Below, in pieces: positions 13,004 to 25,418 of a stretch of 64,000 nt of DNA. Source of the stretch: Eledone cirrhosa (lineage: Eukaryota); NCBI GenBank assembly GCA_964016885.1, contig OZ024743.1:224440001-224504000 (forward strand), written 5' to 3'. Made by a program: the position numbers and the translations under genes. The notes beneath the pieces were generated by a model that made no database searches, was not told where the DNA came from, and was given only the letters and a program-made list of their open reading frames with translations. Within the stretch, counting starts at the first letter, position 1. Every line of letters begins with the position of its first letter.

Positions 13004-13958
13004 CCGTATATACTCGTTGGTCTCTTGTAAAAGTCGACCTCCTATTTTTGGTAAAAAAAAATCTTGAATTTTCTATAGACTTCATATAAAAATTGACTCT
13101 AATATTTCACAGATAACGGGTTAAGATTTGTGGGTCAAAGTATCATCCTGTTCGTAGAAATAACACTTACAAAATCCTCATGAATTTAAAGCAAATTTAT
13201 ATTATTGCAAATATATGTCTGGAACCAAAAATTTACCCAAAAGTTGCACTGAATTAATTATAAATAAAGATGCTGCACTAATATACTGTATCATAACACA
13301 CTTGTGATGAGTGTGACTTTAACCATGAATGTGATTGGAGAGTTGTGATTTGAAACACACTGAACAGGTATCAGCCATGTACAGTGTTACAGTAGGTACT
13401 GTATATTACCCATGGTAATATACAGTAATTATGAGATATAAATTGATTGCACTAAGCTGGTGTAGGTAACACGGTAAAAACCTTCCAGTCCACACTGTAA
13501 ACGTGGTTGGTGTTAGGAAGGGCATCCAGCCGTAGAAAACCTGCCAGACAGTCCTACACAAGAAGACAACCAATCTTGCCTCAAGTGGGACAATTCCCGT
13601 CTAAACCCATGCTAGCGTGGAAGATAGACGTTAAACGATGATGATGATGCTGATGGTCTGTTCAGTTTGGTGGATACAAGTAAAAGAACAAGTGTAAATA
13701 TAAGAGCTATGCGGCCTTGTTTATGGGTTTTGTTATTTACTAGGACGTGTGTTTTGATGAATAGAATTGGTAGTATTACTGTAACTCATTGTTTTTGTTT
13801 GTTTAGAGATCATATGGGCTTCTGTTACTGATACTGTACTTTGGATCCTAGCTTGAATTTCAAGCCTCTCAAAAGTATTATCCATGTAATAGTCAATCCC
13901 ATAAATTTAACCTTAAAAAATGGTCTAAAAAATTTGACTTATACACAAGTATATACAG
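13004..13958. mobile_element. Tc1/mariner-pogo type non-autonomous element with TA target duplication
   Basis: ta|ccgtatatactcg ... caagtatatacag|ta terminal inverted repeats. It sits inside a TTAA-MITE-family copy and itself contains a Ceph-domain/RTE-tail fragment (13463-13650). Confidence 0.7.
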
Positions 13959-15358
13959 TATTTAAAAAATATAATTGTACTTTTATGTAAGAATCTTTAG
14001 TTAAATCATGAGAAAGTTATTTATATTACTAAATCCCTCCAAATTCTTGATCTTCAAAAGGGTTTGAAAATATAAGCGCAGTGCATTTCATTAGAAATAT
14101 GCTAATGAACATGTTAATAAGTTTGTCAAGTGAAAAGTAGCATGAAAAATCTTGAACCAAGAAAGAGGGAAGTATGCTGTAATAGTCACAGAATAGTGTT
14201 GATGTCATTTTTTTAATATATCAAATATAAAATTGGAATTGAACATCCTTTCCCTTGCTCTAAAGTTGACTTGGCTGGAAGTCTGTTATATTTCAACTGC
14301 AGCAAAACTGTAAATAACAATGAATCATTCCTTTTAAATGGATACCTTGCATATAAATGTGTCACATTATTGCTGGCAGTTGTTAAGACAACTGGATATG
14401 GTAGGAATGTGAGCTGGGTGTTCTAATGTCTGTGCCTGACTGGTTTTTACAACTGAACTTTCTGACACAAGAAACCGAAAAAAAAAGATAAAATAATTTA
14501 ATTAATTTAATGGTAATAAAATCAAAGGAAACAATCAATTATAAGTTTAAAATATGGAATATTTTAAAGGTTTGAACTCACATCTAAAATCATGCAAAAA
14601 CAGTTTCTGCATTTTTGGTTGAAATAATTTAATTTGACTTTGTAATTAATGATTTTATGAATTATACATAAGCATTTTGGCAAAAGTGCCACATTTCTGT
14701 TTTATTTTTCTCATTATATAATTTCAAATGTTTCTATTTGTGAATCCTTAGTAGTTAGTGTCTCATAATCCACAAGTTGTAAGTTCAATTCCTGGTGGTC
14801 TGTTGTGTTCTTGAGCTTATTACACATTGCTCCAGTCCATTCAATTGGAAAAAAAAATGAGTTATACCTGTAATTCAAAGGGCTAGACTTGTCACATTGA
14901 ATCTCCCTAAGAGTTATTTTAAGGGTATATGTGTCTGTGGAATACTTAACTACTTGAACATTAATTTCGCAAGCAGGCTATATTAGTAGTCAAAACAACT
15001 GGAACACTCATCATTGAAACCAATGAAAGTTTAACATACACACACACCTATCAGCAAAACTATTGCTAGTCAAATCTGTGTGCATATTGTGGTTTGTCTA
15101 TAGTTTTTTCTCCTTGTTGGTTAGAGTAGTAAATTTATATAAGATCTTTAATTAAGGATGTAATGTGACAGGGAAACAGGGAAATATGAGTGAAACAGTT
15201 ATTTAAAATCTTTCATTACCATATTTTCAATGAAATACATTGCCTATAATTTTCAAATCATTTTGAAAATAAAGAATTTGGAGAGATTTAGTAATATCAC
15301 AAGTTTTCTCATTATTAGCTGATATTCGAAACAACTTAACTAAAGTTTTTATATAAAA

Positions 15359-16114
15359 CTAGCTGAATGACCCATCGTTGCCTGGGTGACTGCTGTTCTT
15401 ATTCAGATTAGTAAACAATAAATATGGAGATATATTTTTTCTCTCACAATTATTTCAAAATATCTACATTTTATTTAAAAAAATCAAAATTTTAATAATA
15501 GAATTTAGAAATGAAAATCTGTCAATCTTGAAGCACCTCAGAGTAAACAATATTCATTGTGTAATTTTTTGTTGGTGTCCAAATGAATAAATTGTTGCTA
15601 CTTCCAACATAGAGTTGACCGTGGGAGAAACATGTAGTAGAGAGATCAAATCCAACGACCTTGAGGGGTTGACCCTGAGATTTGTTAATTGAAATAACAG
15701 AACTTTGTTTGACTGGTAACTGAAGTCTCTTAAATTCAACCTCACATACACTCATACACACATATGTATGTGTAGATGTGTGTGTGTGTTTAATTCTCTG
15801 TGTATCTGATTAAATATTTACATGAAGATGTATGTGTATGTAACTTACTAAGGCTTAACATATGTAATGAACATGCAAACACACACTCATATACAAAATG
15901 TGACGTCATTGTATTATAAAATATTGTTTACTTATAGTCTATAGTAGAATATTTTAGATAAAATGTTATATTGTTTTAATCCAAATGAAAATAAAATTAC
16001 ATGTTCTTAATCCTGGGGTCTAATACCTTGTAAAATTTGATTTAATTTGGTTGAGCCGTTTGAGAATGCATAAGGAAACAGACAGACAGACAAAGAATTT
16101 TATATAGAGAGAGA
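15359..16114 (-). mobile_element. Non-autonomous Helitron with PIF1-helicase C-terminal remnant
   Basis: Minus strand begins A|TC and ends hairpin (cccaggcaacgatggg)-CTAG|T, with no TSD. Internal FKRLQLPVK..ISINKSQGQPLKVVGFDL..CFSHGQLYV..NIVYSEVL. The flanks rejoin as one MITE (tataaaa|ttataatgg). Confidence 0.9.
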
Positions 16115-16333
16115 TTATAATGGAAGGTTTAAATAAACAGTTTTGTATTATAGTATAGGGACAGTTGTTATCAAAGGTGTTAATGTACTAATTTGGTTAG
16201 GCCAGAATGAACACAACTGCTTAGTTAGGGGTTGTCATTTGCAAAAAAGAAAAAAAAGAAATTAGAGAGGTAGTGGCACAAGATTGTTTGCCCAAAGATA
16301 CAGTATCTATGTGATGTGTAAATATTATTATTA

Positions 16334-16663
16334 TCATTATCATCATTTTACGTCCGCTTTTCCCTGCAAGGGTGGGACGGGAACTGATTCTGGCTTGATT
16401 TCTACAGCTGGATGCCCTTCCTAACACCAACCTCATTTACAGTGAGTGCTGGGTGCTTTTTTGCCGTGGCACCTCCACGACCACTTTGCAGTGGAATGAT
16501 ATGGACCCCAGTCCCTATCATCTCATTTCTACAGCTGAGTAAACTGGAGCAATGTGAAATAAAGTGTCTTGCTCAAGGAAACAACACATCACCCGGTCTG
16601 AGAATTGAACTCACAACCTTTCGCTTGCAAGCCCAATGCTCTAACCACTAAGCCATGTGCCTC
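16334..16663 (-). mobile_element. Composite SINE family B (tRNA head + central domain + Ceph-like domain + RTE tail)
   Basis: Near-identical to 18044-18373 and 18712-19054. A/B boxes tggcttagtgg / gagttcaattc; internal ggttggtgttaggaagggcatccagctgtagaaa; (ATG)n tail. Confidence 0.9.
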
Positions 16664-17953
16664 TATTATTTAATTTTTTTTATTTATTGCAATGGCTAAA
16701 CTTGGATTTAATACTAAATGTGTTTGCATTTTTTAAACAGTATTTAGATGCCAAATGTGAAAAAGAATTTTTTATCACACACTTTCATATTTGATTTGGC
16801 GCAGTCAGTTTAGAAAAATATATATTTATATAAACATGTATTGTACTAAGATGCTTATATTCTAACTGACATATTTCATGATCAACTTAAAACACAATTC
16901 CCTTGCTACAACTATTTTGGCAGTTTAGAGTTTCAAAATAACTTACATAGTCAACATATGTAATTAGTTATATTTTACTATATCTATAATACTTATTTTA
17001 TTAGTTTAACTGTGAACCAGAGCTTTACTACAGAATTCTGCCATTTCCTATCACACCTATTATTCATTATTTGGAGCAGCTGCCTTTCCTAAAATAATTC
17101 TTATTTAAATATCAACTGCTTTAACTTGCTTAACTTATTCATGGTGTGGGTAGTTGTGTAAATTTGAATTGTTCACTTTGGATATAAATTATGAGACAAG
17201 TAATGTTCTTTGTCTAAGGAAATGAATAGTAAGTTTATTAAAGCATGTAATATATCTTACTTAAGGATAATGAGATAGTGTTTACCTATTAAGTGATAAA
17301 GGAAGGTCAAAATCATCCTTATCTAAAAAGATAATGTGGTACTCAATGTACTTACTGCTAAGTTTACCTTGTTGGTATTCATTATCAGACGCCATGCTTT
17401 CCAGCATAGTTACGTCCCTTTACGATCTGAGTTCAAATCCCGCCGAGGTTGACTTTGCCTTTCATCCTTTTGGGGTCGATAAAATAAAGTACCAGTAATG
17501 CACTGGCTGGCCTTGTGCCTAAAGTAGAAACAATTATAATGTTTGACAGCAAGCTCTATGTACAGCTTTCACCCAACTATGTCTGACCCAGTTAAATTAA
17601 CTTTTTCTGTATTTTCTCTAATGTGTTCTTATCATTGTTAGCCACTCCTCTATCTTTCAATAAATAAACCACTATTGTTTAGGAAGCTAATGTAATTCAC
17701 TTATCATTGAAATAATTTGATAATCAATATTATAAACATTACAACTATTGCTTTCTCTTCATTTTTGTTGTTTTTCGTTGACTCTACACCTGGGTCAGAG
17801 TGGTATTTTCTATTTTCAAACTCTGCTGTTTCAAAAACATACTTATTTCTAAAAGTATGTTTGTAAGCTTTCTGATACAGTATTTCAATGAAGAGTATAT
17901 AAATGACTATAAAAGGTCTTTAAAATATTGACTGTTTCACACACAAAAATTCA

Positions 17954-18025
17954 CATGTGTTGGTGTAAATGGTAGCACAGTGGTCCGGATAGCCAAAGAT
18001 GTGGGTTCGACTTCCATGTACGTCA
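17954..18025 (+). pseudogene. tRNA-like pseudogene or isolated SINE head
   Basis: Cloverleaf: D arm GTGT-AAATGGTA-GCAC, anticodon loop CCGGATA, T arm GTGGG-TTCGACT-TCCAT. The acceptor stem is weak (1-72 mismatch, several G.U) and U33 is missing. Confidence 0.6.
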
Positions 18026-18043
18026 ATACTCATCTTTTCAAAT

Positions 18044-18373
18044 GGAGGCACATGGCTTAGTGGTTAGAGCATTGGTCTTGCAATCGAAAGGTTGTGAGTT
18101 CAATTCTCAGACCGGGTGATGTGTTGTTTCCTTGAACAAGACACTTTATTTCACATTGCTCCAGTTTACTCAGCTGTAGAAATGAGACCCAGTCCCTATC
18201 ATTCCACTGCAAAGTGGTCGTGGAGGTGACACGGCAAAAAAAAGCACCCAGCACTCACTGTAAATGAGGTTGGTGTTAGGAAGGGCATCCAGCTGTAGAA
18301 ATCAAGCCAGAATCAGTTCCCGTTCCACCCTTGCAAGCAGGGAAAAGCGGACGTGAAATGATGATGATGATGA
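18044..18373 (+). mobile_element. Composite SINE family B, full length
   Basis: Runs ggaggcacatggcttagtggttagagc..gtgagttcaattc..ccttgaacaagacacttt..ggttggtgttaggaagggcatcc..cccttgcaagcagggaaaagcggacgtgaaatgatgatg. Confidence 0.92.
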
Positions 18374-18523
18374 TCATCATCATTATCACTCCAGATATTA
18401 TGGTGTCTTTTTTATGCAGATGTTCAAGTTGGGGATTGATCTCAGGTATGAGCCAACCCCCATTTTACCGTGTATTTTCTTTTCTTTTTTCTGTCATAGT
18501 TCTTTTTTCTTCTTTACCCACTT

Positions 18524-19150
18524 ATTCCTGAGAGGGCCATGGGGGCAGAGTCCTCAAACACTCCCTGCAGTGAGTCTTGTCAGAAGCAACCATCTCCAAC
18601 TGATCTGGCTGGATCCCCAAGTGTGACCAGCCAAGCTCATGGATGTTATCCAACCCACTTGCTCGGGGTCTACCCCTGGGTCTCCTACCTCTTGGTTTTG
18701 CCCGTAAAATCATCATCATCATCATTTCATTTTACGACCGCTTTTTCCCTGCTTGCAAGGGTGGGATGGGAACTGATTCTGGCTTGATTTCTATAGCTGG
18801 ATGCCCTTCCTAACACCAACCTCATTTACAGTGAGTACTGGGTGCTTTTTTTGCCGTGGCACCTCCACGACCACTTTGCAGTGGAATGATAGGGACCTCA
18901 GTCCCTAGCATCTCATTTCTACAGCTGAGTAAACTGGAGCAATGTGAAATAAAGTGTCTTGCTCAAGGAAACAACACATCACCTGGTCTGAGAATTGAAC
19001 TCACAACCTTTCGATTGCAAGGCCAATGCTCTAACCACTAAGCCATGTGCCTCCAAAATCTGTCCAGTAATTTTTTCCTGAGACATTCTGACCACAAGCC
19101 CATAATATCGGAGCTGTGATCTCTCAATTCGGCTCTACCTGGAATGACTC
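18524..19150 (-). mobile_element. RTE LINE 3' fragment interrupted by a SINE
   Basis: ILRAKPRGRRPRGRPR..W.D.I C-terminal RTE motif; uninterrupted paralog at 51830-52125. Confidence 0.85.
18712..19054 (-). mobile_element. Composite SINE family B, full length, with TSD aaaatc
   Basis: aaaatc at 18706-18711 and 19055-19060. The empty site cgtaaaatctgtccag is seen at 52023-52038. Confidence 0.92.
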
Positions 19151-20062
19151 TCTGATCTCCGAGCTTCGCACTTTATTGAGCAATGTTACTCCAATTTTTT
19201 ACCGTATATACAAGTGTATACAGTATTTCACATTGCTCCAATCCACTCAGCTGGCAAAAATGGGCTGTATCTGTAATTCGAAAGACCAGCCTTGTCACAC
19301 TGAATTTCCTTGGGGACTATATTAAGACTGCATCTGCATGTTAATTTCACATGCTGGCTGTTCTTCAAACAACTGAAACACTTATCATCAGAAGGTCCAA
19401 CATACATTACATAAGTGCTGACCAATTGAAATATCATTTTCTAAGATTTTGATTTAAATATGGATACTTCAGTGTGGGATGTATTAAAAGGCAGGGTGCT
19501 ATGAAAAGGATTAAGTAAACTCAATTTATCTTTCATCATCATCATCATGGTTATAACTGTAATAGAAGATATTGTTACTATAATGTCTGATTTGATAAGA
19601 AAGAAGTGATGTGGAGGGGAGGGGGGTGAACTAGTTTACCAGTGTTCAATCCCTTTTTGGTTATTATTTCACTTATCTACTATGCCTGGACTTTGATTGA
19701 TATTCCCTTGGGTCTTACTGAACAGTTTTCTTCGTTTCGTCTTACAAATTGAATATGTTAAGAAATAGAATTCTTCAAAAGTTTTTTTTTTTTTTTTATT
19801 CTGTTAAAAAAATATAATTCTGTTTTAGTTTTGACCTTGCATCTCAAATCTGAAATATTATCGTACTTCTTTTGTCAAGGGAGATTTTCATTGAAAGCAG
19901 AGCTATTATAATGTCTATTCTCCCATGCTGGTGTTGATTACATTGATCTTACTGACTATAGTTTTAATTCTTCTGCATATACAGAGTAGTGTAGGGCAGT
20001 TTTTAGCTTGCTAGAAGTGGTTTCTAATATCAACTTTTACTATATGAAGAATATTTGTAAAA

Positions 20063-20660
20063 CTCCAACTTTCATGAACAGGATTGACATGCGCAGCCAC
20101 GTTTTAAGTGGTATCACGACTGGCAGGTGTGAAACCTGTCGGCTGGAATTTGCAGATGACATAGTATTACTTAACTCTAGAGAAGGTGACTTCTGACTTG
20201 CACTTGATAGGTTTGATGCCGAGTGCTACATGGCTGGAATGAAAATCAGTGCTGCAAAAACTAAGACACTCGTCCTCTCGTGAAAGCCTGCACAGTGCAC
20301 TCTACATGTAAATGGAGTTCTACTGAAGCAGGTAGAGAAGTTCAAGTATCTTGGGGCCATGTTCTCGAGTGATAGAAAGCAGGATGTTATTATGTGAAAG
20401 AATTGCAGGAGCTGGTCTTGTATTGTATCAATTTCAGCATTCAGTAATCAGAAGGGAGAAAAGTGTAAAAGCCAAACTCGCTATCTTCACTTTGGTATTC
20501 GGGCCAACCTTTACCTATGATCATGAATCTTGGGTAATGACCGAAAGAATATGATCATGAATACAAGCGGCTGAAATGGGGTTCCTCCAAAGGGTTTTTG
20601 GAGTAACGTTACTCGATAGAGTGCATCACAGCTCCGATACTATGGGCATCTGATTAGAAT
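20063..20660 (+). mobile_element. RTE LINE RT fragment
   Basis: FMNRID..RLEFADDIVLL..GMKIS..KT..QVEKFKYLG..PTFTYDHESWVMTERI..AAEMGFL; several stops. Confidence 0.85.
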
Positions 20661-22564
20661 ATATATATATATATATATATTTTTTTTTTTTTTCCATAGA
20701 AAATTTTATTATAAAAGATATTGTTTGTGTATTTGAAAATGGAAGATACTCTATCTTAACAAAAATAATCTTATTCTCATCTTAATTGCTTTAAAAAACA
20801 ATCATATCTTTTGGTGCCTTTCATTTTTGTGTTTGATAGTAGGGAAAGCAGACATTAAACAAAAATGCTGAATCTGTGTGAAAATCAGTACACATATATT
20901 TCTCATGCATACAATAAGTTATCGGGTTGATATAGAATCAGTCTTTGGCTGGTAAATCAGGAAGTTGATCAGTAGCTGAAGATAAGGCAATGATGTGTCT
21001 GTGAGTGTGGCAGCTTTTGGAATAATTGTTCCCAAGTGATTGGTTATCTGAATGATATTTTTCTGTAGGTGTCATTTCTGTTTCAACAAATACAAACTTG
21101 ATATCTGTACCATTCTTTTCAAATTGTACTAGCTCAGCCTGAAAACTGAAATAGCTTACTTAGATTACATATAAAGTGTGTTTGTAGTTTCAACTTGTCT
21201 GCTCCACACTTAAATCGAAATAGCCCTCCCTACTTAAATAATACTTTCCTATTGAACAAAAACTTTATTTCCTACTTAATATTCTCAGTTGACACTCCTA
21301 CTGGGAAATATGTGTTGATTTTTGATGGATTTGTTTTATTTTTAAGTTCTGCATGAATTTCTCTTAGATTTAAATAATTTATATAATTTTGAAAAGTTTC
21401 TGCTTGGAACAGTCTATCAGGTTGTTTAGTAATTAATATAGGTTTTTAAACATTAGCTTTAAAACAACACATCCTTGGCTAGAATAAACTTTATTGATTG
21501 AAATAAAAACCATGAAAGTCTACGCATTTTTGCCAACAAAATACAAGTTAATTGATTTTGGTAACATAGAATTTCTAAGTTGTGGGGGCAATGAACACTA
21601 AAAGCAACTTTATACATAGTATTCTATACTGATGCCTTGCACACATTATTGTATCTTATGATTGGATGTTGCATATTTCTGTTAGAATATATTGAAAGAA
21701 TGTAAAAGATTCTATCTAGCTCTAGTTTATATGGCACACAACAGGAAATGAACCAGTGTTCTACTCTTTGTTTAGTGATATAAAATTCTATCTTGTTGAC
21801 TATTGGTAAGATTTTTTTTTATTCAATATGTTTCCTGTTCAGTCAATCTTGGGAGTACTCTTGTGTAATACTTGATTGCCCAGCCATTCTAAATATAAAG
21901 CTGCATACCGGAACCTCTCTCTTTCGCTATCCTCACTCCACCTCACTCCTTCTTTCTCCTCCTCCTCTCCATCTATCTCCCCATTTCATCAATTTATGTC
22001 TGTTTTGTCAGGTTTGGCTGGGTCTTCAACACTTGTGATCCCTCCTTGCTTCTCTTTAGCATGGTTGACTCTCTTGAGAATAGCTTTCACTACCTCTTTC
22101 TATGTCTTTGTTTGGTCTTCTACTATAGATTCCTGCTGTATAGCTAGAAAAAAATGAGGTGAGCCTGCTCCGTTGGTTGTGCAATGTTACTGTGCATAAA
22201 CAACAAAGCACATAAATTTAGAGAAAAACTGAGTATTAAAGGAATTAAATATATAGAGAAGATTGCACTATAGATTTAAATCATGGAGTGAAAAATTGCC
22301 AGGCGTTCCAAGTGTAAGGATATGGTAGATAGGTGTAGGCTGAGGAAGACATAGGCAAAAGTAGTGAAAGCTGATCTTAGGATGCTGAATCTCACAAAGG
22401 CAAGTGCAGGGATACTGTAGTGGAGTGCAGTTGTTTAACCCATGCAAAGATGGAAGAACATGTAAAAATGATGATGATGAATACTAGTAAGATAATAGGC
22501 TTCATTATATGGATTAGACCCATTCTCCTTTCTCCTTCAGGAATGAGTTTTCTGCCTAGTTTAT

Positions 22565-22780
22565 TTAACCCTTTAGCATTTACATCACTCTATTATTATA
22601 TTTTCATGGTAAAGGTTTTATCTCACATAATATGGAATCTATAATATTTTGATGATGTTATTATTTATTTTGAGAACAATTCCTTAATGTCAGTATGAGT
22701 GGCCAGTTACAGCCAGTTTGAACAGAAGGAGGTGAGAGAGTTCAGGCTGGATATGGTTGCTTTAAATGCTAAAGGGTTAA
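22565..22780. mobile_element. TTAA-flanked piggyBac-type MITE family 2
   Basis: ttaa|ccctttagcattta ... taaatgctaaaggg|ttaa perfect TIR. Confidence 0.85.
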
Positions 22781-23526
22781 AGGAAATTTTGTTACTGGGC
22801 TGCTAGCTTGAAAGTAACTACTGACTTACAAATATTAAAATAGTGGTTATTAATTTATCATAAAATTCTTGTCCCTCCATGACAATGTCCACAAAATTGT
22901 ATGCCAATTCTAAATAATTCCATCCTTAAACTTATTTTTAATGTTTTTAATTATTAGTTATTAAAAAAAAAATAGTTATAATGATCTAAATCTCTTTTTC
23001 TATGGGATACCTATATGATATCATTAATAGGTTTTGGTGCTTCTCTTGAAGCCTTTACACTAGCCAAGATTAGTATCCTACACTATTTGAGAACCACTAT
23101 ATTTCTAGAAGTAGCAGCCAAATCTCCAAAACACAGTTGCCTTCTTAAATTGGATATTTTAGGCAAATTAGTCGCCAATGTACAAAAAGATGTTATGGTT
23201 ACAGCTAGAAAGGCCTTTGATCATAGGTCTGCTTGATCAGTGCTGACTTGAGTCTAAACAACAACGTTGTCTTTCACTACCAGACACAGTGCCTTGCTGT
23301 TTTCAGTTAAAATCTCATTGAAGCTTTACTATTATTAGATATTTTTACATTCCTTCTTTGGACCCTTGTTTGCTTCAACAGGTTTATCTTTGTGCTTTGT
23401 GTACAAAGAATCAATATTTTTATCATATTAATATTTAGTTTTCCACAGTGCCTGTGGTCAATATTTTTGTAATACAGCATTTCTCCATATGTCATGATTC
23501 TGTTTTATTATTATCTTATGAAAGTA

Positions 23527-23712
23527 GGGCGGTGGATTGGCAGTATCGGTAGAGAGTCGGACGCCATACTTTCCAGCATAGTTACGTCCCTTTACGGACC
23601 AAGTTCAAATCCCGCCGAGGTTAACTTTGCCTTTCATCCTTTCGGGGTCGATAAAATAAAGTACCAGTAATGTTCAGGATAATTGCTGGCCTTGTGCCAA
23701 AAGTAGAAACAA
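23527..23712 (+). mobile_element. SINE family A, full length, just upstream of POMP exon 2
   Basis: Full head-to-tail copy flanked by the direct repeat attattatcttat. It ends about 65 nt before the exon 2 acceptor. Confidence 0.9.
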
Positions 23713-23777
23713 TTATTATCTTATCAAACTTTGTACCAAATATTTCTCACTGGCATTAATATTTTATTTCCCCTCAG

Positions 23778-23881
23778 AATTTTGCATCATTGGACAAGAA
23801 AAATACATGTTTTGCAAAACAGCAAGATATAACTCTGCCTAACAGTGGAGAATATGGATTCCATGATGTCATGCTCACTGG
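23778..23881 (+). CDS. POMP: POMP exon 2 (NFASLDKKNTCFAKQQDITLPNSGEYGFHDVMLTG)
   Basis: ttttatttcccctcag acceptor and G|gtaagt donor; 104 nt open, phase 0 to 2. It ends in the G-x-H-D-x-x-x-x-G motif of UMP1/POMP. Confidence 0.93.
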
Positions 23882-24673
23882 GTAAGTAGAATAAGAACTA
23901 TTGTTATATACCACTGAATTTCTGTACCATTTCTCCTTAACCCTTTTTTATACCTAACTACTTGAAACTGCCTCTTCTACAATATATAATTGTTTTAGTG
24001 CTCATATTTACCTCAAAGCCTAAACACCAGCTTAATAATATATATTATTAAATCCCTCCAAAAGTCTTCATGTTTATGTTCTTGTTTCTGTCACATAAAC
24101 AGTGGGTTGATAAATCAAGATCAATAAAATACGTAATTGATTAAAATAAGTATTGGGATAGATATGATCTCTGAAACTCTTTCAGAGAATCAAATGACTT
24201 GGCTTCAATGGCTGCTGTGCACTGGTTTATCACCCTCCCTATTCTCATTCATTTATTCATTTGATTTTAAGCTGCTTGAAACTGCTCCTGGTTCTATGAT
24301 ACAAAACAACTTTAAAACAAGCAGTTTTGTAGCATAGAACCATGGGAAATTCCAGGCAGTTTAATGAGAGAGAAATTCATGGACTGGGCAGCATGGTGTG
24401 TTCTTGAGTAAGATGCTTCATTGCAAATCACTTTTCTTGAAAGACTGTGACGCCTATCAATAAAACACCCAAGAGACCTCATATGAGATACAACCTTGTA
24501 GGAGGCCAGCTAAATCTACAAATTCTTTTTTATATATAGCTAGTAGCAGGAATTCATGTTTCATATGGATGACATATTTAATTATATAATCTTTTGCCAG
24601 TTACTTTAGCTGATGTCTGCATGATTAGTTGTTCTAATAAATATCCCTCTTATCAACCTCTTTTCAATTTCAG

Positions 24674-24734
24674 TTTACAGCAGGCCCAAAGCAAGCTGGT
24701 TGCATCTCATCCTCTAGAGCTGTCTGAGAAACAA
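24674..24734 (+). CDS. POMP: POMP exon 3 (LQQAQSKLVASHPLELSEKQ)
   Basis: tttcag acceptor and gtaaga donor; 61 nt. Contains the hallmark SHPLELSEK motif of the UMP1 family. Confidence 0.97.
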
Positions 24735-24886
24735 GTAAGATGTATTTATTTCTAGTTGTAGGATAAGTCAGTGATGGTAATGATGTGAAGAGGATAAATG
24801 TTAAATTTATATTCTAATGCTTGCCTTGTGTGTATGTGTCAGAGAAAGCTATGTGGTAAGTGAAATATTAATTCTGTCCAAAGTGT

Positions 24887-24922
<36 letters not shown>

Positions 24923-25316
24923 ATCTGACTGCAAGGGAAAATACTAAAACTTCCTGTGAAGGTGCGTGGCCTAGTGGTTAAGGTGTTGGACTCACAATTA
25001 TAAGGTTGTAGGTTTGATTCTTTGACCAGGCAGCATGTATTCTTGAGCAAAATGCTTCATTTCAGATTGTTTTTCGTGATAAGACTGGAGCTCTTTTTAT
25101 TAAAACATCTGAAAAACCTATGAGATGTAGCATCATAGGAGGCCAGCTAAACCATAACATGAGTGAACTGTTAATTTCTTTCTTTCTTTCTCCCACATAA
25201 TTGAGACCTCCCATCATGATTCCTTAAAATTTGTATTTATTAGATGCTCAAACCACAAGTTATCTCATTTTTTTTCTTTCATAATTACCTATTTTATTAA
25301 AATTTCTGTTTTCAAG

Positions 25317-25418
25317 TATGCAGAAAAGAATGAAGCAATGGACTTTGCAAATCTTCGAAGAATTCAAGGTATTCATGCTCCTCTCAGACTGAAAATGGAG
25401 AGATTAGCTGTTTCTAAG
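25317..25418 (+). CDS. POMP: POMP exon 4 (YAEKNEAMDFANLRRIQGIHAPLRLKMERLAVSK)
   Basis: ttttcaag acceptor and AAG|gtgact donor; 102 nt. LRRIQGIHAPLRLKME matches the conserved LRNIQGLFAPLKLQME of POMP. Confidence 0.97.

Noticed and set aside
15522-15761. PIF1 helicase host gene exon
   Set aside because: It is enclosed by Helitron termini, internally deleted and has no splice context.
17954-18025. Functional tRNA gene
   Set aside because: It has a 1-72 mismatch, no U33, and a GGA anticodon without the long variable arm expected for Ser.
24674-24683. Alternative acceptors (tttacag/cag) at POMP exon 3
   Set aside because: Use would remove 7 or 10 nt and shift the frame; there is no support from sequence alone.
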